IMG/VR virus record: IMGVR_UViG_3300050343_000212 | Reading direction: 5' to 3' (one strand) | DNA length: 64,000 bases | Origin: a virus | Position numbers and translations under genes: made by a program | The notes under the pieces: model-generated | What the model saw: only the letters and a program-made list of their open reading frames with translations | What the model was told of the DNA's origin: nothing | The model's database searches: none | Part shown: in pieces, positions 37,736 through 51,800 of the stretch | How the letters are laid out: each line of letters starts with the position of its first letter | How positions within the stretch are numbered: position 1 is the first letter of the stretch

Positions 37736-39847
37736 TTATTCTCCGATCTGTAGTGCTGTTAGTGTTACGGTAACTGTGGATGTTGACCCACTTCTATTTG
37801 TTACTGAAAGATAAATTGTAGTTGTTCTAGGACTATCATTATTGAATCCCATAATACCAGGAGTAATTAATATAGATTCTGCTGTAGTAGTTCTTACTTC
37901 AGCAATAACACCACTACCAGGAGAAGGATCTGCTCCTTCACTTCTAGTTTGATCGGCATCTCTGGAAGTATCATCGGTGTATACTCTGACCCATGCCGCT
38001 GCGTCAGTTTCAATCTTAAATAATGAATACGCTTTATACCCTGTAATATTTAGTTCTGCGGTTGCGTCATCAGCGAGTGATGATGTAGTACCTGTAAGAT
38101 CTTGAATCTGTGGTACACTAGAGCCTCCTGTAGCAGTAAGAACACCATTACCATCAATAGATAACCCAGAACCAATTTTAATGCCACCCAGAGTTCCTGA
38201 TGATGCAATTGGTAGTGAATATCCACCGGGAGCAGCAGTGATATTACCATTAGCATCTAGTGTGATTGTAGTACCATCAGGAATTACACCACCAAGTGTA
38301 GATGTTGTAGCAGCAGGTAATGTATATGCAGATGGAATAGATGGTTTGTTTAGGATTTGTGCTAATCCAGTAGTAGCATTCCAATCTGAGTTAACTGGAT
38401 TAGTACTATTAATTGTAACTCTTTTATTAGAACCATCCCAACTAATATCAGTTCCGTTGCTTCCTGTAAATTCAATAGTATCATCATTATTTGAAGCATC
38501 ACGCAATGTAAGAATTGCATTGTTACTAGTTGTGTTTGAACCAAGTAAATCGTATGTAGTGCCTCCACCACCACCGCCACCACCAGTTACTACAGCGTCA
38601 ATACTGTTATTGCTGTCATTATATGTAAAATTAATGCCTGTATGAGTTCCATTAGCGAATAGTTGAGCCGTGGCATCTTGTGAATCTTCACCTGTAAAAG
38701 ATCCTCCTCCACCACCAGAAGGTGCTCTAAATGTGAGAGTATTGTCATCGGTATATTCTACCGTAAGACCATCTGCACCAGCAAACGTAATCTCATCAGT
38801 AGTTCCAGCATTATCAGTTAATACTAATTTTGAATTTGCATTTCCACTAGTACTCCCTGCAGAAATTGTATATGTAGAGTTTGCAATGTTCGCAGTCAAA
38901 TCAAATTGAATCTCATCACCAGAATCACTAATTGCTAGTCCATTTCCTGCAACTAAAACAATTTGATCTGTAGTGCCGCCAGAATCTTCAAGTCTAATTA
39001 TTTTTCTTGCATTATTCTCTGACGAAGTCCCTGCAGTGTAATCAAGAGCATTAATATTATAAGTAAGTTGACTATTACCTAAAAGTGTTGCAAAATCTGA
39101 AGACGTGGTACTATTTGTAGTTACCAATCTTTGACTGGTCCAACTTACTCCATTGGAGTAATACATTACTCCAGTATCATCTGCATATGCAAATTTACTT
39201 TTTGAATTTGATACTATTGGGAATGACGATACATCAGTATACAAAATTGATGAACCAGAACCAACTCCACCAGCGACAGTAATTGTTTTAGTTGATCCAT
39301 TTCCTGATGCAACTACACCATCACCAACAAAATTTAGTGAAGTTGCATTTGTAGGTAATGAAACACCTTCATCTCGAATATCGATTCCAGAAATACCTCC
39401 ACCTCCACCTCCAGAGGTTCCACCAGCAGGGTTAGAATCTACCCAGACATTGGAGTAATAAACCTTCAACCTACCAGCATCACTCTCCCACCATAGATCA
39501 CCTGAGTTGGGACTTGATGGTGGATTATCAGAAATTGTTACATTAGCACCAGATGCTTGTCCAGTAATGGTTACATTACCAGTTGAACCACTCAATGATA
39601 TATTGTCGCCAGCAGTTAGAGAAGTAACAACACCAGAAACGGATATGGTTGCATTATCAGCTGAACCACTCAATGATATATTGTCGCCAGCAGTTAAAGA
39701 AGTAACAACACCAGAAAGGGTTGTTCCATCTCCAAGAAGATTATACAACTCATCAAAGTTGCTATTGATTTTAGTTGCTCCTGAGAGCAAACTATCCCCA
39801 GTACCATCATTAGGAGTTGTTCCTGTAGATATTCCTAGTCTAGACAT
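37736..39847 (-). CDS. Fibre-like protein A with a gp9/gp10-type baseplate-anchoring N-terminus
   Basis: GISTGTTPNDGTGDSLLSGATKINSNFDELY is the T4 gp9/gp10 N-terminal motif; GGGG hinges; PAATTSTLGGV and PIASSGTLGGIKIG fibre repeats. Confidence 0.85.
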   Translation of the reverse strand: MSRLGISTGTTPNDGTGDSLLSGATKINSNFDELYNLLGDGTTLSGVVTSLTAGDNISLSGSADNATISVSGVVTSLTAGDNISLSGSTGNVTITGQASGANVTISDNPPSSPNSGDLWWESDAGRLKVYYSNVWVDSNPAGGTSGGGGGGISGIDIRDEGVSLPTNATSLNFVGDGVVASGNGSTKTITVAGGVGSGSSILYTDVSSFPIVSNSKSKFAYADDTGVMYYSNGVSWTSQRLVTTNSTTSSDFATLLGNSQLTYNINALDYTAGTSSENNARKIIRLEDSGGTTDQIVLVAGNGLAISDSGDEIQFDLTANIANSTYTISAGSTSGNANSKLVLTDNAGTTDEITFAGADGLTVEYTDDNTLTFRAPSGGGGGSFTGEDSQDATAQLFANGTHTGINFTYNDSNNSIDAVVTGGGGGGGGTTYDLLGSNTTSNNAILTLRDASNNDDTIEFTGSNGTDISWDGSNKRVTINSTNPVNSDWNATTGLAQILNKPSIPSAYTLPAATTSTLGGVIPDGTTITLDANGNITAAPGGYSLPIASSGTLGGIKIGSGLSIDGNGVLTATGGSSVPQIQDLTGTTSSLADDATAELNITGYKAYSLFKIETDAAAWVRVYTDDTSRDADQTRSEGADPSPGSGVIAEVRTTTAESILITPGIMGFNNDSPRTTTIYLSVTNRSGSTSTVTVTLTALQIGE
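39584..39717. repeat. Tandem 78-bp-period duplication inside fibre A
   Basis: 39584-39639 and 39662-39717 are identical at 55 of 56 nt; they encode SGVVTSLTAGDNISLSGS twice. Confidence 0.95.
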
Positions 39848-39871
39848 TTTTCTTTGATTACCTTTTTATAT

Positions 39872-42800
39872 TTAGATGTAATTGACAAATTTCAATGGAT
39901 TAGTTCTTTGAACGAGACCAGCTGACGAAATACCAACATAACCATTATTATTATAAGAATTAAACTCCCTACTTGATATTCTAGGTTCAAAATTAATTTT
40001 ACCCCAGCTAAACTTACCAAAACTAAAGGAAGATGAAATACCACCAGTGAACACTTCAACCTCCTGCGTATCATATGTAAAGAGTGTTGAATCAAATGTT
40101 AGGAAAGTGGATGAGAATGAAGCTGTACTTAGACCAGAGATGTTGCAGAATACTCTCCTCACTACTGTGTTACCAATACCAATGACATTAGTTGTTAATG
40201 TTTGAGCATCTTTGACACACCAGATACCATCAATGTTAATGGTTGTAATGCCAACAATTGTTGTGTTATCATTAGACATTGAAACAAATGTATCATCTCC
40301 AATGTTACTATTGTATATGGTGAAGAAGTCACCAGTTGAGATTCCACTGACTGTGATAGCCGTACCAACATATTTTGTATCTCTCAAGAATGATTGTGAA
40401 TCGATGAAAAAGTCAAAAATCACTCTAGTATCATTACCAACAGTTGTGGTACCAAAACCAACAAGGGTTCCATAATCACCCTCATAAGAAGAAACATTTA
40501 TCTTCTCTTGAATGAGTTTTGGTTGTTCAAAGAGAACAACTGGAACATCAGAGTATCCACTACCACCATCGGTAATAGTAACTGATGTTACTTGACCACC
40601 TGAAATGGCAGCCGTTGCTGTCGATTCAGAAACACCACTATAAGAACCAATAGTCACCGAAGGTGCTACAGTATAACCAACACCAGAGTTAGTTATTGAA
40701 ATACTGGTAATTATACCAGATGTAGATACAATAGCTGTTCCAGAAGCCCCCACAATATTATCTTGTGAAGTGAGTGTAATTTCTCTCTGGAAACTTCTAA
40801 TTTGACTTTCATTATTTGAATCAAACAGAGGTCTGACATTATCAACATAGGCTTCTGTAGAACCTAAACCAACTGGTTGAATTAAGTAAGAAGTTGGTTG
40901 AACAAATGGTTCATACTTAACCCTATTCTTACCAATAGGTTGACCATTAATAATCTTGTCCGAAGTCTGTTTACACCATGTTACTGGTCTAAGAACACTT
41001 CTATCACTAGTAATACCAGGATTTAGATAGGTGACCGTCTGAACAGAATCTAGAGTATTGATACCAGTTACTGTTCTTGGTTCCTGGTCAAAGATGATTG
41101 TTTGATCAGGTGGGAAATTGTTAATATCAAGAGTGTCACCTACTTTCACCGTCTCAAGTACATTAGTAAAGATAACATCAACGTCTCCACTACCTTTATA
41201 GAACAAAACTTTAGAAGTATCACCAACCTTGGGTGATTCTGCAAACTTAATAGTTGATCCACCGTTAAAGATATAAGATTTACCGGGTTCCTGAAGAATA
41301 TCATTGAGGAAAATCAAAAGTGTCTGGTCAACTTCAATGTTTGAACCTTTAGCCGATTGAATGGAAACAGGTTCTCCATCAATAAGAAGTCTAAAGTCCT
41401 TATCTGAGCCGTTAAATAGGTTATCAAACTTATCAAGAACTTGAAGTTGTCCAATAGATATTCCATTAAACTTATCAGTAAAGACCTCATCGATAGTAAT
41501 TTGGAATTCTTCAAATGCAAGTGATGGATCTGTGGGGATACCTGTAGGTCCACCAACTGGTACAGTAAGAACTTCACCCTCGCCATAACCATATCCACCA
41601 TATCTAAATTCAAAGTCAATAACACTAGACCCTTGACCAACAACAATATTAACTGTTGCACTATTTCCAGCTCCAGCATTACCACTGTACTCTACAGGAA
41701 TATTGGAGTACGAAAGTGGTTCGTCAAACACTACAGATGGTGGGTTAGTAGAAGTGTAACCACTACCAGGATTTGTAATATTAACACTAACAATATTGCC
41801 ACCACTAATAGCTGCTGTTCCGATAAACTGAAGATTTGGTTCTCCGTCAGTTTGAACACCAACATTAACTACCGTTTGGATACCAGCTCTGTAACCAGAA
41901 CCACTATTGGCGATACTAACGTTAGTGATTGAACCAGTTGCAGAAACTGTAACTGTTCCACCAGCTGATACGAGAGGTTGATAACCAAATCCAGATTCAG
42001 ACCCAACAGAGATGATTAATCCACCAATAGGGACATCACCAGAGTTTGGATCATAACCATTTGTTGCGGCAATACCTACACCAGTGAATGAAATAGAGGT
42101 AACACCTACACTCTCTTCCATTTGATACGTTCCATCACCAACTTGTGATCCTTTTGGAACCTGGAAGATATTATTCAGAAGGATAATACCGTTATCAGTA
42201 GAATATCCAGTAGTATTGTTACCATTATTTTGAAGAGTGAATACTGTACCAATACCATTAAACTTATTTGAGATATCATCAAAGACATAGTTATTTGAGT
42301 AGGTATCTTCAGTTCTACCAGCACCAGATCTTCTCATGAAAGTTCTGCCCTGGAAACTAGAGCTAGTAGTGATACCAGTCCAATCTCTAGAGTCTGGATC
42401 AGCTGTAGCCGTTGTACTCAGTGGTGTTTTACCATATGGAGATGAAGAGAAGTTGACAGTACTACCAGTGATATTGTAACTACCAGTGATCTTGGTAATT
42501 GTTGCTCCCGTTGTGTGAAGACCAATTCCAGTACCGAGTTGTGCTCTTCTAACACCAAATCTAGTTGAACCAGCAATACCAACAGCATCTGCAATCATAT
42601 ATTCGTCATCGACTCTAACAATATCACCACTTGCAAACGATGTGATACCAGTAACATCGAAGATCGTATCAAAGATTATATCCTGATTCAAATCCGTTGT
42701 AATAGATGTCTCTGTAATAGGTGATTGAATCATGTTGTCAACAGCAATCAAAGCTTTAGCATTTTGATTGGTAGATGTAAAGACATGTGAATTCCCAATA

Positions 42801-45800
42801 CCAACTCCAGTAATATCAAAAGATGTTGGTGTTAATGACAGTGCATTTTCTGCAGTAGCAGCGAACCTTACTCTACCCTCATCAACCTTTATAACATATA
42901 GTGTTTCAGGTAACTTATCAGTAGTTACACCAGAGATTGAGGTAGGTGCGATACTAATTGCTTGAGATGTACCAGATCCAACATGGGAATATTGAAGCTT
43001 TTCACCAGTAACAAAGAAATGGTTTGGAATAGTAACTGTGTCAGCTGTAGTACTAACAGTACTAGTATCACTACCATCAATTACTCTTCTGAAGATCTCA
43101 AGTCCTTTATGTTTGAGACCAAATTGAGATTTAAGATCAAGTTTAGTTCCACGATAACTACCAGCACCTGTTGTAATCTCAAGGTTGTTCATCTTAAGTT
43201 CGGTATCATTAATGAGACCGGGGTAGAGCATCAAATCAATACCAAAGGTTCTGACTTTAACATCTATACCTGGATTCGGGGTGAATGTGATGTTCTTAGT
43301 TGTTGATGTTGATGTTACACCAACCTGTCCAAGAGTACCAGAAGTCCTAGTGTAAGCCCAATCGGTGAGAACCTCATTCCATGTCGAGTTACACATACCC
43401 AACTCAAACATCTCAAGGTCATTATTTGTAGTGTCTTCTACAACTACAATACTATAGTTTGCTGAGTATGGATCATTGTAAGAGGAGATTACGACTGGTA
43501 ATGGTGATCCAGAAGATGCGATAGAAGTATAAGAAGATTTTATTCTACCAGTTCTCAATGTATGATCACCGGTACTCGTACCAACTCCAGAGAACACTGT
43601 CATCTGAGACTGATGTTCAATGCTGCCAGAAGAACTTGGATGATAATCAATCTTGACAAGACCACCGTCAATATAAGAACTATATGTTCCAAAACCAATG
43701 TTCAAGTTGTTAAAACTAGTCTGTATATCACCATACTCAACCATTGATACAGTAGTACCATCATGGACAATATTAATATCTGATGAATGATATTGACCAG
43801 AATGAATTCCAGATGTACCCTTTGCCAAAACACAAAGTTTAGCTGCTTTGTTAGATGTTGGGAAGGAAGCGATTGTTGTGGTAGATCCAAAATTAATATT
43901 TACTTGATCACTCTCTATACTTAAAACATCACCAAGAGAAGTAGATCCCACACCAGCCACACCATCGAGGAGACTGATAGCCACTGTTGCAGTTTGATAT
44001 GCGTTATATTGGAATTTAATTGGATTAAATGTCAGACTCCAACCAGTACCAGATTGAATATAACCATAGAAACCAAGTGGTGGATAAGTTGAAATTGTAC
44101 CATATTCATTAGAGTAACCAATAATACCATTATGAAGCATATTGACAACAGAGAATTGTCTCTCATTTGTAAATACGTCATCCTTAACAAAAGTAAAAAT
44201 CTTATTCAGAATGTAGTTTGATTCAAAATCATCAACCTTAGAAAATTTCTCAGCTCTTTCATTGCTATTGAACTGATCACTAACATCATCGATTGAAAGA
44301 ACTCTGTTACCGACTGACTGGAAGTAATCTGTAAGGAGTCTATTCTCAAAGAAAATTTCATTAGATGCAAGAACACCATTAATATGCTGTGTTCCTTCTG
44401 ATACAAAATCAAAGTTATAATAACAATTCAGATCACCTTCTCCGATGATATCAATAACAACCTCAACATTTGCATCTTCTGATTGAATGATACCTTTACC
44501 TGGATTAGTTTCTTTACTTACTAATTGATAATCAGCAAACTTAGCAAAACCGGCAGTATGACCTAGGTTACTTACTGGATCATTCCACTGATCATACGGA
44601 ACTTTACTTGATAGTGAATATGAGAAGTTCTGATAGTATTCGTTATTAGGAATAACCTGTAGATTATCATTTAAGAAACCAACGTTATCTTGCCAACCAT
44701 GAATAATAGTAGCACCGACACCCGTTGTAATTTCTGCATTAAACTCATACTTCCTCATAACAACGGATTGAGTATTAGAACTCTCACCTCTTATAATCGT
44801 ACCCACTTTAAAGTCCTTAGGGGTATCTACTTTCAATTGATCGAGACTTGATGTCCAAGATTCAACGATACCGGTGTTTTCTCCATTGACTACTTTTTCA
44901 CCATCGAAGTAGTCATTAGTGGTCAGTTTAGCAGTAAAGGTTGGGAAATCATTTTCAGCAACAACCTGACCAAGTGTGGTCAGTGGTTCTACTTTTCCTG
45001 GAAACTCACCATCTTTAAGATGATCTTTGAGACTATACTCAATGTAAGCTCCAGTTCCCCCATACTGTGGAAATATCGTAGTTACTGGGAACAAAGTATA
45101 TTCATATACCGAAGAGTTATATCCCTTTGATGCAGTATTGAGACCAACACTTATATTCTCAATAAGGATGTTACTACCAACATCAAATGGAAAGTCTCTT
45201 TCATCCTGGAATGATTGATTGAGAAGAAGTCTTACAATCTTAGTTGTTGAATCAAATATGATTGATGAGATACCAACACCATTTGTGTTCAGTGTTGGGA
45301 TAATTCTTGGCATAACATCATACATTCCTGTAGTGTTATTCAAAATCTTAACTGTTGTGTCACCGATCTGATATCTCAGATCTACCTCAGGAATAACTTT
45401 ATTAGTGTATCCGTCAATAACTACTAGTTTTGCTGGGTGAAGGTAGTTTCTACCAAACGAAGTGATACCAATAGATTCAAAGGATGTTAGCGACTCCATT
45501 TCCAAAATTTCTGGAAGATTAGCCACAGGTCTTAATGTTTCGTCAGTTGGATAATCAAAACCAATATTGTCAGAATCAAAACGATGATTCAGAATCTTAC
45601 CAATATCTTTAGTTTGAGCATCTAAAATTGCATTAGTTCCAATACCACTATTAACTCCTTTGACATAAGGAAGTTTTGTATATCCACTACCATTACTGAT
45701 CATCTCAATATTAGAGATTGATCCGAAGACTGATTTGGAATCAGTATCATACGTGGGGATTGAATTTTTACTATTGTATAACAGAGACTCTGGAACAGAA

Positions 45801-48800
45801 TCTAATTCATATGTGAATGAAGTTCCACTAGCACCAGTTAGTCTTTGGATACCATCATATCCACTCTTCTCAATATTGATTTGATTATATGGCGAAACCT
45901 CAGTATCAAGGATAAGACCCCTCTGATCAATACTAATAATGTCGATATTGATTGCATCAAACTTATAATAAAGTCTGAAAGGTACATCGTCAGTAATTTC
46001 AATGGTCAGGTTAGCATCAGATGTGATACCAACTGACCCACTACGAGACACTTCAAATTTATTATCTGTCTTAGTTCCAGTAGTGACAAACTCTTTATTG
46101 AACTCTTGATCAAGATATACAAACATCTTGAATGCTGGATACTTCACACCATTCGAAAGGAATGAGAGTGAAGGATCCGAAAGATCAAACTTAAGATTAT
46201 TATTTTTTCTAGTCTTAGTAAGGGGGTTTATCTTGGAGATAGTGCCGCCAAGACCTGTACTTGTAATACCTACAAAGATTGGTTCCTCTTCATTGATCTG
46301 GTACTTATCTTCTACCAGTCTGATTTCATCTCTACTATAAGGAATCACATAGTACATCTTCTCGTTCACCAAACCCCCTGCAGGAGATGAAGATTGGTGA
46401 ACTACTTTATCACCAAGAGAGAACTCATGGTTAGAGATATACAATGTATTGAGTGTAGTGTCAACATTTTCAGAAGTAAAACCAATAGGATTGAATACAA
46501 TTCTTCTATTGAATTGATTAAATCTTACATCAATTGTTTGGATATCAGTTGGTTTGATATTGACTCTTACATTATTATTTGGTCTCAGTCCATGTGTAGT
46601 TGCAGTTGAAACAGTAACAATGTTGCGACTTACCTGAGTTCTTAGAATATCAGATCTTACCGTCTTGAAACTATGATGATCACCTGTTCCTGTATCTCTG
46701 AAAAATAAGAGACCGGTTGTAGTTCCGATACCAACATAGGTACCAGTGGTTGTCATACCAACTTTGTGCGACGAGATACCGATGAAATTATTAGTTAATG
46801 GAGCTACATATAGTTCACTATAATCGGTAAGGTTGGCATCAGAGATACCATTATAAACACCGATTGATGTTCCACCATTCAATGAATAGACAACCTTGTC
46901 ATTCAGTTTCAGACCATGATTTTTGTAGTAGATTGACTGAGGTTCAATGAATAGGGTAGTTGCCCCTATACCTGGGTTTCTGAACGTTACAGGGGTTCCT
47001 ACACCGTTGCCAGTGGTCGTTCCGATACCGACTGCCTCTGGAGGATCAAAGTACAATTCTTCATTTACTCTAAATGACTTATCTGTCGTTAGAGTGCCAA
47101 CATTGATAGTGAACTTTCTTGGATCACCAATCAGAACTTGACCTGTTGAATAGGCAAGACCTACTGTCGATTCCTGTTCCCTGAGGACACGAATTCTCTG
47201 ACTTTCTTCTTCAATATTGAGAACTTTGACTTTTTCTGTTCCAATACCCAGAATGTCATTTGGTCTAATAAATGGAAACTTTAAAGCCCCACCAACATAT
47301 AAGTATGTGGCAATACCAGTTGCAGATGCTGTCCCAATGCCAAGAATGGTAACAAAAGTTTCTGATCTTACTCCAACATTATATGGTCCATCAAAACCTT
47401 TGTAGTAGTTGGAGAGACCACTGACATTGACTAATTCTTGGTCCTGATAGTTGTGTGGTTGTGAGCTGAAACCAATAAACTGTTGGAGACCAAAGTATTT
47501 GATAAACTCAACATTTGGAGTTAGAGTAGTAGCGATACTTACAGTGTTTATTTCTTTACCATTAACATAACTGACTCTTGCCTGAGCACCTTTACCATCT
47601 GATTGTTTATTATCAAAGATAACTCTTTCACCAACCTGATAGTTTCTGCCACCAGTAAAGATACCAACTCCACTGATAGATCCAGGATTAGTACCCGTTA
47701 CTTCTATGGTTTGTCTTTTAATTTTGTTAGAATTAAAGATGTAATCATATCCACTATAGAGGTTATTAGTATTATATGACCTTGTATTTCTGAACCACTC
47801 ATTTTTTTGAATGTCATAGTCTGTTTGGTTTGATTCTACACTATAGTTAAACTCAATTCTCTTGGAATGAAATGTATCTCCAATAATATATGGGAACTGT
47901 GGTTTTTTATAGTTCCTAAATGGACCTTGAGCCTCAACATTTGGTTCTAACGTCGTAAAGTACGCATAGACCCCTTCAGGATAGTCTGGAGTGACACAGA
48001 ACCTACCATTATGAACATCTAGGTCACCAACACCAGTAAACTGAAAATCTTCAATAAAGAATCCTTGTGGGTATATACTGGGAGAAGGTCTATTGGTAAG
48101 GTTGACATTCAACTCATAACCACTTCTCATCTGTTTGATTACACCACCCTCAGGAGTGGAATACCCATAAGGACCGTAGATTGGAGTTCCATCATATGCC
48201 CAACCAATAATTGGTGAGTGATGACTGTTAGATATCTCAATACCATTAGATTTCTCTAAGTCGGCAATACCATAGAATGAATCACCATTGTTCTTTAGAA
48301 CATAAGTTGACTCTCTAAGTTCTCTCGGTGTGTATAGGTGACAGTATTCTGTTTTATCACCAGCAAGATTCTCATCAACAAATCCGTCGTCATTATTGAC
48401 AAACTCATTGTTTCTTTCAAAAAGGTTAATACTCCACTCATTGATCTTTGATTCTACGTCGCATCCTTTACCAGGATTGGCAATTGCAATAGAAGTTTGA
48501 CCATCGACATAACCAATACCAGGGTTTATGATATTTACATCTACAAGTTTTCCATTTTCAATAATGGGAGTGAGTTTCGCATACTTACCATTTCCAATGA
48601 TTATCAGATCTGGTGGAGAAATATATTCTCTTCCTGAATTATCAATGATGATATCGACAAACCGGCCGTTGTTAATGACAGGTTTGATTTGAGCTTGTTG
48701 TCCACCCTCAAATAAAATTTCAGGTTCTCTGTTCAGATTGATAATTTCTGAAGAACCATACTGAGAACCACGATTGGTAATGTCAATAGAATCAATAGAA

Positions 48801-51800
48801 CCTCTGAAGGCAGGTTGTATTTTACATTGGAAGTCTTGACCATTGCGTTCGGTAATTCTAGTTATACCATTAATATTAACAGTAATTGGTTCATAATTGA
48901 AAGTGCCATCACCCACTCCTTTAATATCAACATAGACACCATTATTAAATTCAGATTTGGAATCACTGAGACGGAAATTGTCTGAATCAATCTTGATTAC
49001 AAAGTAATTTGTATTCTCTAAAATCCCTTGCACTGCAGTTGATCCTGAGGTATACTGAATTATTTCACCCGTCTCAAAACCATGATTATCAATCTTGAAT
49101 GAATCTGTAGCAGTAACTACACCAACAATTAATCTCTTTTTATTCTTATATCCTTCACCAGAATCAGTTACAACAATATTACTTACAATCTTTTTAGTTT
49201 TTGCCGAATACAAAGATTGAGTTCCCTGTCCAAATGTATTATTGAAGGTAATCGTATTGATACCTAACTGAGAATCTTTTTCATTAGTGTGGAGGGATAT
49301 CCTAAAGTTATCAATTACGTTAGCAAAGTAAGTTGTATTAGTGGACAGTCCACCAATAGATCTCATTTCTTTTGAATCATAAACGATTTCCTCGTTCTGT
49401 GAAAACTTATGAAATGATGAGAATCCAATAGTATTGTTTCCAATGTTTACATTACCATTGAATTCAGTATTAATATTGACAGAATATGAAATCTCAACCA
49501 ATGAAGTTTCAGCCTTTGCAGGTCTAATTGGATTGCCACCGGTAATTGATATTGTAGGAGTTTCCAAGAAGTCAAAACCTTGATCTACAATATCAATTCT
49601 TTCTAATGAACCTTCAACAGCAACAACACCTGTAGCTCCTATGCCAATATTATCCCTAATAGTAAGTCTAGGTGGGTTGACAACATCATAACCAGAACCA
49701 CCGGCAGTCACAATTAGATTTTTAATTGGTCCATAGAAGATGGTATCTTCTGACTTATAGTTCAGAAGTTCAACACCATTAAGGAATATTCCATTATAAC
49801 CTGGAAGAGTTTTGAACTGACCAGCTTCTCTGATTGGTTCAATGATCTTTCTGTAGATCCCTTGTGGTGCAATGGTTTTGTTGTAGAAACTAAAGTAAGT
49901 GAAGACGTTATTGTTGACAGATCCACCTAGATTTGCAAATACATTCCTGAATAAATCTGATCTACTTCTTGAAAGTTTGACAGAAGTATTATTAATTTTC
50001 TTAATATAGAAAACACCTGATTCTGTTCCCTCAAATTTACTTTCAGTTGTTGTTGTGATGGGGATTCCATCAGCATTAATCGTTGTATTTGTTATTACAC
50101 CTGGTTGATAATAAACCGCATCACCAGTATAGAAACCATGAGGTAAACCAAAGTTGATTATGTTATCTGTGGCAAAACCACTAAAATTCAGAGTCTTATC
50201 ATATGGATCAAGACCTAGATCACCATAAGATGGGAGTGAGTTGGTTGCAATCAGTAAATCAGTATTGAAGTTTGAATAAGTATTCTGAACGTTAGCAGTG
50301 TACTTTTCAAGGAAACTATACTTTGGAGAGAAAACTTTAAGTAGTTGATTCTCAAAACTATAAACCTTGTTCAGATCAATTGATGAATTTGCCTTTATAG
50401 TAAATGATTTCTTACTTCCAATATCAATAATTGAAGCATCGAGATTGCCACCAGTATTGTCACTTAATATTATTTTATATCCTACCTTCAATGTGTGATC
50501 GTCGAATGTCGTCACATCATACTTAAGTTCAGAAATGTCAGTAATAATGATGCTGGAGACATCATACCTTGACTTATTGTTGACTAACCAATCAGATCCT
50601 CTTATTGACTCATCTTCAATACCAAATGACTTGATATTAATGGTGTCTCTCTTATTGTAGAAACCACTATCCTGAATCTTAAGATCTTTCAGTGTGGAAG
50701 TGATCCTTACTCTGACTTCGTTATCAGTACCTAAACCAACATAAGAATGAGAATAATCATCGAGATCTACATCGGTCTTCTCACTGAGTATAGCATTAAC
50801 TCCACTCACATTTAAGAACTGAGTGACAGACTTTCCTGTGTATACTATCGATACTATATTGCTATCACTATCAAGTATCTCTAACTTTCCTGATTCAGGG
50901 AAACTTACAGTAGAGTCAACATCCATGATTGTTGCACCAACTGCAACAGTGTTCAGGAGTTTTGTTTTAGGATTTGGTTTGAACTTACCGTAAGTTGTAC
51001 CAGTTACATTAACATCTCTATCATATCCAGAGTCAATACTCAGTTGATAGTAGTCACCATCATTATATTGAATTTTACGGACATTGTTGACTGTACCACG
51101 AGCTTGTGTTGAATTCTGAAATAATGTAAGGTTTTTGAGTTGCAGTGGATCACCAATATAACTCTTTACAACAATATCTTCTGTTACATTATAGTTTGAG
51201 CTAGATGGTTTGAGCAGGAATCTACTTGGGCGAATGATATCAACAGTCTCACCAAATAGAGCCTTAAACAGAATCTTATATGATAAGTCTGTTCCTTTCG
51301 ACTTATAAAAACTATTACTATTGATAATAAAATTCTTTGGATTCGTCTTCAGTGTTCTATCACCGAACCCAGGGCTTACTTGTGCCTTTAACTTTCTAAA
51401 AAACTCCTGAAGAAACAAGACATTCAGGTTTTGAATTATAGCACCTTTCTTGTGATTGGTGGGTGTAGTTTGACTTGAGAAGGATAGTCTGTCTGGTGTA
51501 TTGGCAGAAGTATGTGAAGTGGTGCCACTAAATCCTCTCTGGCATCCTTCAAAGTTAAGATTAGTCTTTGAATTATATGCAATAATTTCATCATCAATTT
51601 TAATCAGTCCATTATTATCAACAAATCCTTCAGTAAAATTACCATCGACACCAGTAACAATTGTATCATCTACACTACTAATATCAACCTGAAGAACGGT
51701 AGAAGATTTTAGACCAGTAAGCTGATCAATATTGACATATTTGTCAATATTTTGAAGAAGATCTAATGTCGCACCTTGAGTTTCCTGTGAAACATAATAC

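Noticed and set aside
38181-38645. Plus-strand ORFs such as 38181..38645, 4705..5091, 7754..8263, 15079..15429 and 3098..3511
   Set aside because: Antisense shadows of well-supported minus-strand genes, with no recognisable motifs or expression signals.
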